64,000 nt of DNA, taken from Macrostomum lignano. Its lineage: Eukaryota. Within the stretch, counting starts at the first letter, position 1; each line of letters begins with the position of its first letter. This document shows, one piece after another, positions 35,146-47,800 of this stretch. Made by a program: the position numbers and the translations under genes. The DNA is taken from the NCBI GenBank assembly GCA_002269645.1, contig NIVC01003079.1:23410-87409 (forward strand), in the 5' to 3' direction. Below the pieces are notes generated by a model. It ran no database searches. It was given only the letters and a program-made list of their open reading frames with translations, and was not told where the DNA came from.

Positions 35146-37110
35146 TAGCATATAGTATGTAACAATTGATATAGTATAGCAGTAGTGCAAGGTAAGTAAG
35201 CATACAAGCCAATTTATATAACTAAATCCTATTATAGTTTGGAAGGTGATATGTATGCCAGGATTTCCTAGTATAAAACAAGGGTACTTGCCATTTTTCA
35301 GCATACATCCTAGTGTAGCTATATACACAGCAGAAATAGTGTCAATGATATATTTTAGTCCTAGAGTACAAATGAGGTCTTATTACTTTTTCCAGCATTA
35401 GACCTGGCTTAAGCCTACACTAATACACAATCCAAACTATAGTGTAACTATGATGGACTAGGCCTAACTAGTTTTTACTTTTTATTAACATATTTTTGCA
35501 AAGATTAAAAGTTTACATGCTTAAAATTTGGGTCGTCATTTTTTGTTTTTGTGTGCAATATAAGTCCATTGGTGTACATTTGTGTACAGAAGCTAAGGAG
35601 CCAAATTTTGTTCCGGCAGTACACAATTCTGACATTCTGACGTCTGAAAAACAAACAAATTGGCAGCAGATAAATTGACTGGACACCCTTTATAAGCATC
35701 TAAATGGGCTAGGCATGGGCTAGGCATAGGTGCTAAATGCCGATTTAATTTACAGCTTTTTACTATGAAAAAATTAATCCAGCTCTGGGAGTAGATTAGT
35801 GGTAAGTTTTAAAAAATACCTTATTACTAGCAGGACTCTCTAAGTTTTCGGAGAATTCATGCATTTTTTGAAGATTTCAAATCCATTACACTCGTCAGCT
35901 TAGCAAATTTTACTTGTTGCTTAGTGCGGTGAAAAACTAATTTTTCGATAGTTTAATAAATAAACTGTTCTGTTTGATTACTTTTGCGTACTGTACAACG
36001 ATTATCTTTTCAATTTGAAAATACTTGTTTTAAGCTCGGCAGTTAAAAGTTGCAAGCCGGAAGAAATGAGGTTGTCATTATTAATTTTAAAAAAGATTAC
36101 TGATGCAGACGCATTTATTAGATTGGCTATCTCGTTCAAGATTTTTTCTATTAAAAACGCCTTTGCTTTTCAAGGACGACACTGGAGCTCAATATCTTTT
36201 CTAGAGTTATAGGCATAGGCACTAATAGGTGATACGGCAATTACACATATACCTTAAATTAATTTCCTCCATCCATCTGCACAGCCGGAGATCATGGAAA
36301 AATGATCTCTGCAATTCCCCGAAAGCAAAGCACAACTACCGGATCTCCTCACTATATTTTTAGAAAGGCTATTTGTAACAATTCTCGGGACTCCAAATAG
36401 TCGTGGGGCGCTCCGAGTATGCAAATGCAGATGATGGACAACCAAAGCGGCTGGAAAATCGATGCAATTGACTTCTGATGCCGTTACCCAGAATCTTTCC
36501 AAACTACTTGATATCCTTACTTGAGCATCAAAACGCGCCATTCTACTTGAGCAAAACTGTTCCTGAGCAGCGACCTTCCACCATGACACCTGCTTAGACT
36601 CGAAGAGAGTGCCATGCGTCACTGTGAGGATGATTGCTCGAAAGCGATGTGAATGGGGGCTTCCAAGATCTACTGGCGTTCAAGTTACCTGCGATAAAGG
36701 GTTGCAGAATATAATCAACCGAGAGTACGTTTGCTTACGGGAAGGGAAGTTCGATCGGGTCATAAAAATTATAAAAAAACGTTGCATTTTCCTATTCATT
36801 CACTGCTTTCGTTTTTTTGTTTGTTTGACTATGCACAGCCGCTCTTTTGCGAAGTGCAAATGTAAAGTTAAAAAAAATCAGATAACCTTTATAACTCGGT
36901 TGATTTGGCTCATTTCACATTTACAGTAGTCGTTTTACTATCGTCATTGCAAGAGCACACTAATAAATATTTGAGCAAAATTGTACAGGCAAGACAACAA
37001 TGTAAAAAGTAGATTTTCAACAAAATGCAGCACAATAATATTCAGTTGTTAATGTTAGTCCACACTCAACAACAAATGCACCAATCAGGCCGCAGTATCA
37101 GGTGTCAGTG

Positions 37111-39318
37111 TCAGGTAAACAGATCCGGAGCCGCAACAAGGCTATCCAACAAGCAGGCCGAATCCGAGCTGCTGCGACCGTCAGCCTCTGTTGAAGCCGT
37201 AGCAGCCGTGGCCACAGTCGCTGCAACAACGCCATGCACCCTGGCGAGGTGGACGCGCAGATTGGAGCCGGAGATCAGCGCGGCCGGGCACAGGTTGCAC
37301 GAATGGCGCAGAGCTGCCGAATGCACAGCCATGTGAGCCGAGCGCTGCTCGCGACGGCAGAAACGTCTTCGGAGAAAAACGTTTATGCAATTAATTTAGA
37401 TCTAAGCGAAAATACGATCTAAGCCCTCCGCGACCGCGACTCACTTGGAACAGACGGGACACGCAAACGGGCGCTCATGTCTGGGCGCGTGGCGCGCCAG
37501 CTGATGGCGCCGGAGGTCTTCGGCCCTGGCGAAGCTCTGCCCCGGGCAGGCGTCGCAGGCAAATTTTGGCTCGGCGTGCCGGCCGCGCCGATGGACAGAC
37601 AGCGCGCTGGAGCTCAGAAAGCCGGCGCCGCAGTCGGCGCACGTGTGACTGCGCGGCAGGCTGGCGAGCTGTCTATTGCCATGGCAACTGTCCAGGTGGC
37701 GCTGAAGGCCGACCTTCTTGCGGAACGCCGAATCGCAGAACGAGCAACGGAATGGCGCAGAGCCTGACGCGTGCGGCAAATGGTCACGTGAGTCTCGCAT
37801 GGGTCACTGGGAAGGGTGACTGGGAAGGGTGATTGGAGAGGGTGATGGGGTGATTGGGGATATTGGGGAGGGTGATGGGGTGATTGGGGAGGGTGATGGG
37901 GTGATTGGAGAGGGTGATTCGGTGATTGGAGAGGGTGATGGGGTGATTTGGGTGATTGGGGACGGTGATGGGGTGATTGGGGAGGGTGATGGGGTGATTT
38001 GGGTGATTGGGGAGCCTGGGGAGGGTGATGGGGTGATTTGGGTGATTGGGGAGGGTGATGGGGTGATTAGGGAGGGTGATGGGGTGATTGGAGAGGGTGA
38101 TTAGGGAGGGTGATGGGGATGATTGGGGAGGGTGATGGGGGTGATTGCGGAGGGTAATGGGGGTGACTTAGGTGATTGGGGAGGGTGATGGGGTGATTAG
38201 GGAGGGTGATGGGGTGATTGGAGAGGGTGATTAGGGAGGGTGATGGGGATGATTGGGGAGGGTGATGGGGATGATCGGGGAGGGTGATGGGGATGATTAG
38301 GGAGGGTGATGGGGATGATTGGGGAGGGTGATGGGGGTGATTGCGGAGGGTAATGGGGGTGACTTAGGTGATTGGGGAGGGTGATGGGATGATTGGGGAG
38401 GGTGATGGGGATGATTGGGGAGGGTGATGGGGATGATCGGGGAGGGTGATGGGGGTGATTGCGGAGGGTAATGGGGGTGACTTAGGTGATTGGGGAGGGT
38501 GATGGGATGATTGGGGAGGGTGATGGGGATGATTGGGGAGGGTGATGGGGATGATCGGGGAGGGTGATGGGGATGATTGGGGAGGGTGATTGGGGTGATT
38601 GGGTGGGTGGTTGAATAACTCTGGAGCAACGCCAATTCAGTGACATGGTCCCACAACCAGCCCTGAAGCAATTCTGCCCATTCCGCTGACTCCTGAGCAC
38701 ACACAAGCGCGCCAGTACTATACGCAGGCACGCACTCATACCATGCTTGGGCGCAACCTTGGGATTCACCCGGTCGTTTCTATTGGCAACGCACACATGT
38801 AAGTCACTATTGGACGGAATAGTAGTCACGTGACTGCTCTCAGCCAATAGCGACTTACATGTGAGGGTTGCCAATAGAAACGGCCGAGTGATTCCCAGGT
38901 TGCGCATGTATGACTCATACGCACGCTCACACAGGGTGTACAGCGGCCTTCTAATCCGGCAAGGCTTCGGCCGGTGCCCTCAAGACAGATTTACTAAAAC
39001 AATTACCCAAAAAGCAATGAAGTCAAAGGCCCTTACCTGTGTGCAGCAGCATGTGCCTGCCAAGCGCAGAAGGCGATGAAAGTGTCTGGCCACACACGCT
39101 GCAGTCGACTCGCTCATTGCCGAGATGAGTTCGGCTCATGTGCTTAATAAGACTGCTACGCTTGGCAAATGTTTTACCACAGAGGGCGCAGTCGATAGCG
39201 GCAGTGGCGGCATTGCTGCAGTTTGGGCGCGGCTGCTGTTCGAGCTGCAGGGTTGGCCGAATGACTTGAATGGTCAATAATGGAGGTTCAGCATCGTCAG
39301 ACATCATCAATTTTGGAC
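37111..39318 (-). CDS. C2H2 zinc-finger protein (7 fingers visible)
   Basis: Exons 39318(ATG 39307)-39037, 37763-37445, 37366-37111 join in phases 1 and 2 (HT-G|SAPFRC; CPVCSK|[15 protein letters not shown]). Seven C-x2-C...H-x3/4-H units. Upstream coding exons cannot be excluded. Confidence 0.85.
37815..38610. repeat. ~20-bp G-rich minisatellite in ZNF intron
   Basis: GGGGAGGGTGATGGGG(A)TGATT units. Confidence 0.93.
38742..38912. mobile_element. Palindromic MITE (8-bp TSD, hAT-like) nested in a SINE-B copy
   Basis: ~60-bp inverted arms around an AGTCACGTGACT centre; ACTCATAC duplicated at 38734-38741 and 38913-38920. Confidence 0.75.
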
Positions 39319-40959
39319 CTGCAAGGACAAAGATGATTTTTTACATAATGGTTATAGTAGTATGGAATGACCATTTGATTACATTAGTTGTTATATCTAA
39401 TATACTAAATCTTTAAGGTTTGTGCTTGCTTGCGTGCTTGCTTACTAGCAAAAAAATTAGCAAAAATATGCAGTTAGTCAATGCATGTACCAAACCAATC
39501 TAATACTTTATAGTCATGTTTAGCACCTTTAACAAAACCTCTCATTGAATCTAAATGCATAGTCATTCATTATTACAATAGGTGCCCGTTTTTTTAATTG
39601 CTGACAGTTCAGCAGTTTTTCTGCTAAGCAAACAGAAAGTTTTCTCTTTATAAAATTGTTTGTTGGGTAGTAAGGATTTGGGATAAGGATAAAGAGTAGG
39701 ATGGACTAGCCTATATATTGTATATTACAATTTGTTGATATTTTACTCTTTAGCAAAACTTCAATAGTTACTATTCCACTAGTTGGTGTACTAGTTTTGT
39801 TATCATCTTGCACAGCATTTTAGCTATAATGAGGACATTGTTGGGTAGTTCCCCCTATTCTCTATCCAAAGGGAGCTCTTTATTTAAGACTTAAGTTAAG
39901 TCTTAAGTTAAGTTAAAACCTAAGTGTGACTGCTGGTGCGCTATTTCAGCGAACTGTGCTATTTTATAAATTTCACTAGATTTTTCAAATCCAAGTCCAC
40001 TGAACAGTGTAGAGAACTGTAAATTATATCAGAATGCACTACTTAAAGTAATATTCCAACAAAATTAATTTAAACTCGCAATCTATTTTAGAATGAGTCA
40101 TGATGAGTCATATCTATTTTTAGAAATTCTATTTTAGAATGAGTCATGTGAAAACAGAAGTGACTCAGAGCACTACGTAGGACCAACGTTTATTTGATCA
40201 AGAAACCGGTTCTTGGGAATTTTATTTGCTTAATTCCATCTATGGTAATGATCAAACATTCATGACCTCCTAATCAAACATAAGTAAATAACCGATTTTA
40301 AGCCAGTTTTCCACCCAAATTTTACTATAAATATATGCGAAAATCTGAGTCAAAAATTCAGACTTGGAGCGGTCTCAAGGAAGACTTTGGAATATGTTAA
40401 CCAAAGAAGACTCATCTCTGAGAGAAGAAATCCGGATAGATTGGTAAGCGTTTACCCGATTTGGTTATTTGTTACTAGCACTAATAAGTTGATTAATTGA
40501 GTTTATGAGAGCCACTTATCGTTGACACATTTGAGAAAGGCCTCCTTGTTTCCTAGGATACATTCCTAGAGGATTTATTGAGTTGATTTGAGTTATCTGT
40601 TACGTTTCTGACATAACAAAGAAGACGCCCTTCAGGAGGACCTATTACAGACAGTTAGAGAATTCAATTTGTTCATAAGGGTGCACGTGCACGTTCTATT
40701 GTTTATTCCGAGCTCAAGGACTATCAAGAATTCTGATTTGCTCTCGTGTTGGTTGACCCACAGATAAAGTTAAGGACTCCAAGAAACAACAGTTGTTCAC
40801 TGGAACCGGCCGCCACCCAGCTCAGCCAAGTCAGATAGCGCTGCCCACTACAAGAACCAGACGTCTACAAACCACTAGAGGACCCGCCGCAGTAAGTTAT
40901 CCGACTTGTATATACCTAGGCACTTGTTCCCCAGTGTCTAGAAGTGGGAGTTTATTGAG

Positions 40960-43150
40960 TGACTGATCACCACTCAATACTTAAACTCTTCAACAGTCTG
41001 AGAAGCTGCAATAAAGTCAGCGCCAAATCAGTGGAAGCAAGCATACGTTTCTCTGCACTAGTGGTGAAAAAGGACCAAGCCTTCTATGTCATGGATGAGG
41101 TGTCCAATCTCATCCTAGTTGCCTTTGTGACAGCAAAGTTGCTAAATTGTTTTCCTGTGCTAGAACTAAGACCACTTATATCATCAATGAAGCCATTGCT
41201 CCCTACATGAAGCAAGAAATACTAGCAGCTATTCAAAATGCACCATTCTCAATCCTGCTAGATGAAGGGACAAAGTGTAACTAATCATGGTAGCTTAGCT
41301 TGGCTAGCTTGGTCATTCAACTCATCATTGGAGAAAGTGCAGTTGCTCTTTCTTGGAGTTGAGGAGTTGATGGACACTACTGCTGAAGGCATGAAGTCTG
41401 TTGTATAGACAATGCTCCATTGCTCTAAATTGCCATTTGAAGGCATCAATTCTCTAATGACAGACTCATGCAATACAATGCGAGGTAAGGCAAATCAAGG
41501 ACTCATGAATATAAATTCTAGATGCACATTCATAACTGCATGTATTTGTGCATGTACATGCACTAATTTTTTTGGCAATAATAATGGCCTAATTGTAAAG
41601 TTCAGAGAAAGCATGCTAAATCTTGTGGATGTTGGTGGCTACAGCCTGCACTATATACACAACAGTGTGCAGTACACTATCAATGCCTTTGACAGCGCCA
41701 GCAAGACTGAAGAGCTGCTTGACAATGTCTATAACTTTTTGCAATGAATCAAGGTGCATTTTGCTCAATAAGGTAATTGCATATTAATTGCACTTAGTAC
41801 TAATAACTATAAACATTGCATGACCTATATCTAACTAACCCTGCATTAAATTTCAGCTTTAGGAAGACATGAAAGCCAAGAAGAAGGCATTCTTTTGCCA
41901 TTTTGAAACTTGGTGGCTTCAAGTCCTCCTAATGATCAGTTGCATTCTAGAGCAATAGGAGGTACTTTTAACCCTTTTCAACAATTTGAACAACTTGACT
42001 AGTCCAAAAGCTTGGCATATACAGCAGCATATAACCACAAGTAGGGGTCAACTGATTTTTTTGTATGTGATTAGAACTACACTATGCGTAAAACCAATGC
42101 AATTTGATTCAATTTGCAATTCAATTTGTGACAATGAATTTTTTATAACATACATTTTAACTTAAACACAGGATTATTAATATTAATACTACAAAGTCAA
42201 ATAATTTTATTGATTTTAAAGCTTTGTTTTATCATGTTTACTGTTTGAACATATTCTATTATATGGCTTTGTTACATCTACACTGATTTGTTGCAACTGG
42301 TTTGCTCTGATTGTGCTTTAAATGCTTTAAATAAGGTTTAATTTAGGAAACTCACAAATTGTGATTGGCAGAAACTGTGTGATTTTTTTGTAATTACAGT
42401 TTTGTGATTGTGACCATGATCACGGTCAATCCCTAACTACAAGTGAACACACTAGCCTTTTGTTTTTAGAACAAGCTCCATCATGTTGCGAGGCTTTTGA
42501 AAAGCTCTTTCAGAGTGAAGCAACTTAAGTTCATATTTTTTTAGGTCAAAAATTGATGTTTTGTTCAAGGTGATATTGTCAATCATAAGTCAATTGCCAA
42601 ATGATGAGCTTATTATTAGCACTTTGATGCAGAAACTGATAGAAACTTTGTCTCCAAAGAATCAATTGGCATTCTTTGAAAGTGATCAAAGATTCTATAT
42701 CAAATTGGCCACTCAATTTTTTAGCTGATTGCCACTGCAATAATTTGCTTTGGGGTCTTAAGTTTGTTGATCCACAGTATCTACTGTTCAATCAATTCAA
42801 TTTCAATGACAGTGTTGTGCATTGAAAATAAACTATTGACTATAATTCCAATGGATTGGACTGAGGATCTGCACCTTGAAATATCCAAGGTTCAAATTAT
42901 ATGCACAGTTGAGCTCAAGGCTAAGAAGTAGCTAGAAAAAATTTGGTCAAGTCTTTTTGCTAATAACTACCCCTGCTCTTAAAACTAGGTTTAGGATGTA
43001 TAGCATGTTGCATTCTATATAGAAATGTTAATAGCAAGAGGGTCCTCAAGTAGGTGACTTTAAATCTCACAAAACAGTATAACCAACTATCAAACTTAAC
43101 TTTGGACTTGCTTCTAATGATCAAATTGTGGATGAAGGCTACAAACCAGA
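40960..43150 (+). pseudogene. Decayed hAT-superfamily transposase
   Basis: Fragments CARTKTTYII, PFSILLDEG, DTTAEG, TDSCNTMRGK, SLHYIHN, WWLQVL and a C-terminal dimerisation-like TLNLTKQYNQLSNLTLDLLLMIK, broken by stops and frameshifts. Confidence 0.82.
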
Positions 43151-44064
43151 GCCCAAAAGCATTAGCTATCACCTAACTCTTTTGGATGCTTAGGTTCTAA
43201 CCTTGCACTTTAGCCATAAAGAATAGGTAGGCAATGGCCAATCTAGAGTAGTAGCTTTAGGAGAAAAAAGAGAGAAGAAAAAGAGAAAGTAGTTAAAAAA
43301 GAAAAGAAGAGAGGGGAGAGAAGAGAAGAGAAGAGAAGGAAGCAGGGAATAAAGAGGGAGAGATAAGAGAAAAGGGGCAGAGAAAAAAGAGGAAAAAAGG
43401 AAAAGGAAGAGGGGTTGAGAATAGAAGAAATGACATTTGCCCTTGGCCTCACCTGTATAGTCCCTGCAGCTTGAGTAGCAGCCTTTGACTAGACAATATG
43501 GTCAGCTAGTTAAAGTCATTGCCGATGCAGGTGCAGCCCATTTTGGCAAAAGATGCTTTGGTGAAGTGAATCTTTAGTTTAAATAGATATACATTTTGGC
43601 AAAAGAAAGTGACCAGTTCAGCAAAAAGATAAGCTACATATATACCACGTAGTGCAAATATACCACTTCAGTGATTGAAACTTTTAATAAATTGTTCATT
43701 GCTACAAATTATTTGCAGTTAGAAAATTTAAAAACTCATGACTTAGCTTGTAGCTATGTTATGTACAGGCAATCTATCGATATGCAATGATAGATTAGGG
43801 ATGATGATGGCGTGGTTTTTTCAGATTTCCAGTTCCTAAAATTGTACTTTGAAATCCTGCTGTAATGGAAGGGCATCTAATAAAACAACTAAATCAAACT
43901 GTGACAAAACAAAAACATATCACAAAAAAATAAGCATACATGTGCAACCTCCAAAATTCGGTCGGCCATGCGACTTAGTTTTAACAAAAATGTGACGTAG
44001 TTTTTGGCCAAAAAATTCGACTTGAATGTAAAAAAACCTAAAGCAAAATTAACGCAACTTTGGG

Positions 44065-44485
44065 TAAACGGCAGGAGTAACTATAACTGTCTTATTAAGG
44101 CAAAATGCCTCGTCATCTACTTAGTACTACCAAGTATTTATTTGGGTGGGCATTTTTGAGACTTACATTGGTTGGCCACTAAATCAGTTGGCCAGATCTG
44201 CTGACTTAGCCGACTGTTGCGCATGTATGAAAATAAGTCTTTATAAAGTTTGTCATTTTTCTTTTTAACTTTCTTAAAAAGCAGGAGTAACTATGACTGT
44301 CTTATTAAGGCAAAATGCCTCGTCATCTACTTAGTACTATTAAATATTTATTTGGGTGGGCATTTTTGCAACTTACATTGGTTGGCCACTAAATCAGTTG
44401 GCCAGATTGGCTGACTTGGCCAACTGTTGCGCATGTATGAAAATAAGTCTTTATAAAGTTTGTCATTTTTCTTTTTAACTTTCTT
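44065..44485. repeat. Direct tandem duplication of ~210 bp
   Basis: GCAGGAGTAACTAT...TTTTAACTTTCTT occurs twice. Its left end resembles the reverse complement of ~56400-56460. Confidence 0.9.
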
Positions 44486-44547
44486 CTAAAACAAAAAATG
44501 AATGAGAGAACAAACATTAACTTGTTGTTTTTATTTACTTTAATTCA

Positions 44548-44591
44548 ATTGCCAATGCATTTCGACCCTTGTAGGTCATCGTCAAGGCAAT
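44548..44591 (-). ncRNA. Minimal type I hammerhead ribozyme motif (C3 to U variant)
   Basis: ATTGCC-TTGACGA-T-GACC(TACAAG)GGTC-GAA-ATGCAT-T-GGCAAT on the minus strand. Confidence 0.62.
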
Positions 44592-44848
44592 AGTGAAATT
44601 GAAAATTCGAATAAACAGTTGAATAAATATACCTGTGATACTGATAAAAGATCAGAACCCGAGCCTTAATTGCCAGCTAGCTATGGGGGGTGCCAGCCAC
44701 CAACTCAGCGTGTTTTAGCTTAGAGTGTATGCTACTGCGCCATGTTAACTTGTCCAATTGAAAACTATGTACAATAATTTATAATGTGTATTCAACTTAT
44801 CACAAGTATATTTATTCAACTGTTTATTAGAATTTTCAATTTTACTAC

Positions 44849-44888
44849 TGCCCCGACGATGACCTACAAGGGTCGAAATGCATTGGCA
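44849..44888 (+). ncRNA. Minimal type I hammerhead ribozyme motif (U4 to C variant)
   Basis: TGCC-CCGACGA-T-GACC(TACAAG)GGTC-GAA-ATGCAT-T-GGCA: stem I, core, stem II, palindromic stem III. Confidence 0.62.
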
Positions 44889-47800
44889 ATTGAATAAAAC
44901 AAAAAACTTCAGCAAAGCTTGGAACAAATCTTTTGCCAAAATGGTCATTGCGGAAGTATTTTTTGCCATTATTGATTTTCACTAAAAATTCTTTTACCAA
45001 AGTGGGTTGAAACCGCCTATGCAATAGGTTAGAAAACTGTATCAAGCATGCCTTTATATTGAGCATAATTTGGTATTACTAGTCAGACTAATACATACTT
45101 ACTCCAAATGCTATATACAGAATGCCACCGCCTCTCTGTGGCATTTATCAGGATCCAAGTCTTAGTATTATATAATTTACAAAAAGCTTATTAGCTACAG
45201 ATACAGATATAAATAAGCTACAAGAAAATTTTTAAGATATAGCTACAGAAATGCTATATGATAAATATAAGAAAAAATTGGTTATAGGCCTAGTGAAACT
45301 TTAATTTTTTTAGCATAAGCCTAGGCTATGCAGGGGTACCACCAAATTTGTCAACAAAAACATGTTTACCTTACTAAGCATTGTTGATGAATTTGGTTAC
45401 CTGACAATATGCTATTGACCAATTAATATATTTTTACTATATGCTAAAAATTGAAATACAAAATCCTATTGAAAAGATATACATAAGATAACAAAGTTGA
45501 ATAGTTTTTTATTTGATATATATTATTTTTTACAACCTATTAAAACCTGGGGATTTTTAAATCCACTGAATTGCAATAAATCCTCAGAACTATTTTTGCA
45601 CACATTGAAATCTGAAGTCATACTCAAACAAAACCTTTGTTAATGGTTAAGGAGATAAACAAACTTAGAATAAAAAATGAATTAAAGTGACCTACTTCAC
45701 TCTAAAGATGTAATAAAGTGTAATAAAGCATACACATTCACACAAACACCTAATAGACTAGCCATAGTCAGGAAGGTGGCAAGTGCACGCGGGAATCAAT
45801 TTATGGAAAAATCCTTGGTGCACGCCAATGTACGCCAATTTTTTAAAACCCTTAACATGACGTTTTTGTTGCATGCCAAAAATCTTGAATGCCAAAAATC
45901 ATGTACGCCTCATGTACGTGTGATTTGAATATTAACCGTATTAGATACTATTTTTAAATAAATTTTCTACTTATGTTAAACAAAGTTTATATAAGAAAAG
46001 GAATTTCGCTACAAAGAACATAGTGAATATCAAAAACTTTTTCTTCACATTTCAAAAAACAAATAAACTAAAAGTCTATAAGAGTCACAAAATAAAAGCG
46101 TTTAAAAGTTATTGGATATTTTAATTTTAATATAGGCTGTAGAGTGTAGGCCTGGCTGTAGGCTAGGCTGTAGCCTCAACTAGTTGGTTTAATCAATATT
46201 CAAATTCAATTGTTCACATTTAACTTTATATATTGTATATATATATAGTATATACATCTATATCTGACTTGTTGATATACTGTCAGTTTGTAATTGCACG
46301 CCAAGGTTACACACCAAGTAAAAAACTTGTACGCTGAAAATTTAGGTGTGGCTTGAGACCCCTATTTGCACGCCAACTTTGCACGCCAAAATTTTAGCGT
46401 GGCTTGTGCATGCGGGAAAATTCCCAGGTGTAGGCCACCTTCCTGAGTATGGTAGACTAGCTCTTGATATACTTACATCTGGATACTCAACTAAGTAGAA
46501 TGTAGTATTATGTATATAGCATTGATTGCTCAATTTGTTAGATTGAGTTGTGTAGGCCCCTATGCATAATAGCATTCAGAATGTGCACTTATGAAGTCTT
46601 GTTGAAGACTGAAGTCTTAGGCAATATTTTGCTCATTGAATTATAGAAATTTATGCTTAATGCATTTTAAGGAATAAACTTTTTAGTAAATCTGTCTTGT
46701 TGTTGACAAATTCACTGTGCTTGTTTTAACTGTTAACAAATTCAATTTCCTTCAATTTCTTAAATTTTAGGTCTGCTGACAAATTAGATGTTGACAAATT
46801 TAGTGTAACCTCTATGCAGCCTATGCTAGATCTATCTTACTAAGGAAAGTACTTTGTAGGCTTAGTATAGTCATAGATAGGTAATCAAAATATCAAACTA
46901 GGCCTAGAGTGAAAATTAGGCCTTTATTTATATTATAATGGCAATGATTTACTTTTGCTATTAGGGCCTAATATTAAATAGGCCTAGGGCCAAACTAGAC
47001 TTGAAAGATTATTTATAGGATAATAGGCCTAGGATACATCAGATATTTCAAGCCAAGCATAATAGGCCCCTATTTCTAGTTTCTATTAGCATAACAACAT
47101 AATATTGTGATATATAGGCCTAATGTTGTTGTTATGTTCATTGTCTTATATAATGTAATAGGATTACTCATATTGCAGTCTGTGTTTAATAACAAGTCGC
47201 CAAATTCTACTAAACATGCTAAATGGGCACTATACTGCATAGCATAAATACATAATAAAGCGAGATCGATTGAGCGCGTGGCGTAAAGTTCTGGGAATTC
47301 AAATTCGCGCGCTAATGTATGCATTACGATCAGTAAAAAATATTCTTGGTGTCCACCTCTTGGCAAGCTATGTACAATGCAACAACCTCGAAATAATCTC
47401 ACGATAATACTTTAGCCTTTTTGAATATTTCAGTTGTGCTTCAAGCACGATTAAATCTTTGAAACCGGATGTCAAAGTCAAAATCGATGTCAAATTGTGA
47501 CCTCGATTTGACATCGATCAGCGATCATCGATTTTGCACTATCGCAACGCAACTGAAAAAATGCTTACGACCGATTATTAGAGTTTAGTAAGCGCTCTTA
47601 AGTATCTGGCCCTACTTCGCTATTAAATTTTGACATTTGAGAGAAAAACAATATAATAACGGATTTGCATGAGGTCGTCCGACTGTGATATTGGTCGTTT
47701 TGCTTTGCTGTTGCAATTACCTACAATTGTATACCAAGGATTACTTACTCAAGTAGAGAAGACCTACGAGTAGTAGGCTTCTACTTGAGTAGTAACTTCA

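Larger units (their letters stand above)
44543..44895. mobile_element. Penelope-like pseudo-LTR remnants in inverted orientation (98-bp arms)
   Basis: 44543-44640 is the reverse complement of 44798-44895. Each arm holds a hammerhead-type motif; the plus arm is followed by AATAAA. Confidence 0.68.

Noticed and set aside
36254-36929. 122-aa and 106-aa ORFs between CNB and ZNF
   Set aside because: No recognisable motif or convincing splice structure.
40147-40950. Possible LTR or BEL/Pao primer-binding site (TGGTCCTACG on minus strand)
   Set aside because: No TG..CA pair with matching TSD and no gag/pol sequence nearby.
45780-46430. Dispersed GCACGCCAA motifs suggesting a DNA transposon
   Set aside because: Termini and TSD could not be defined.
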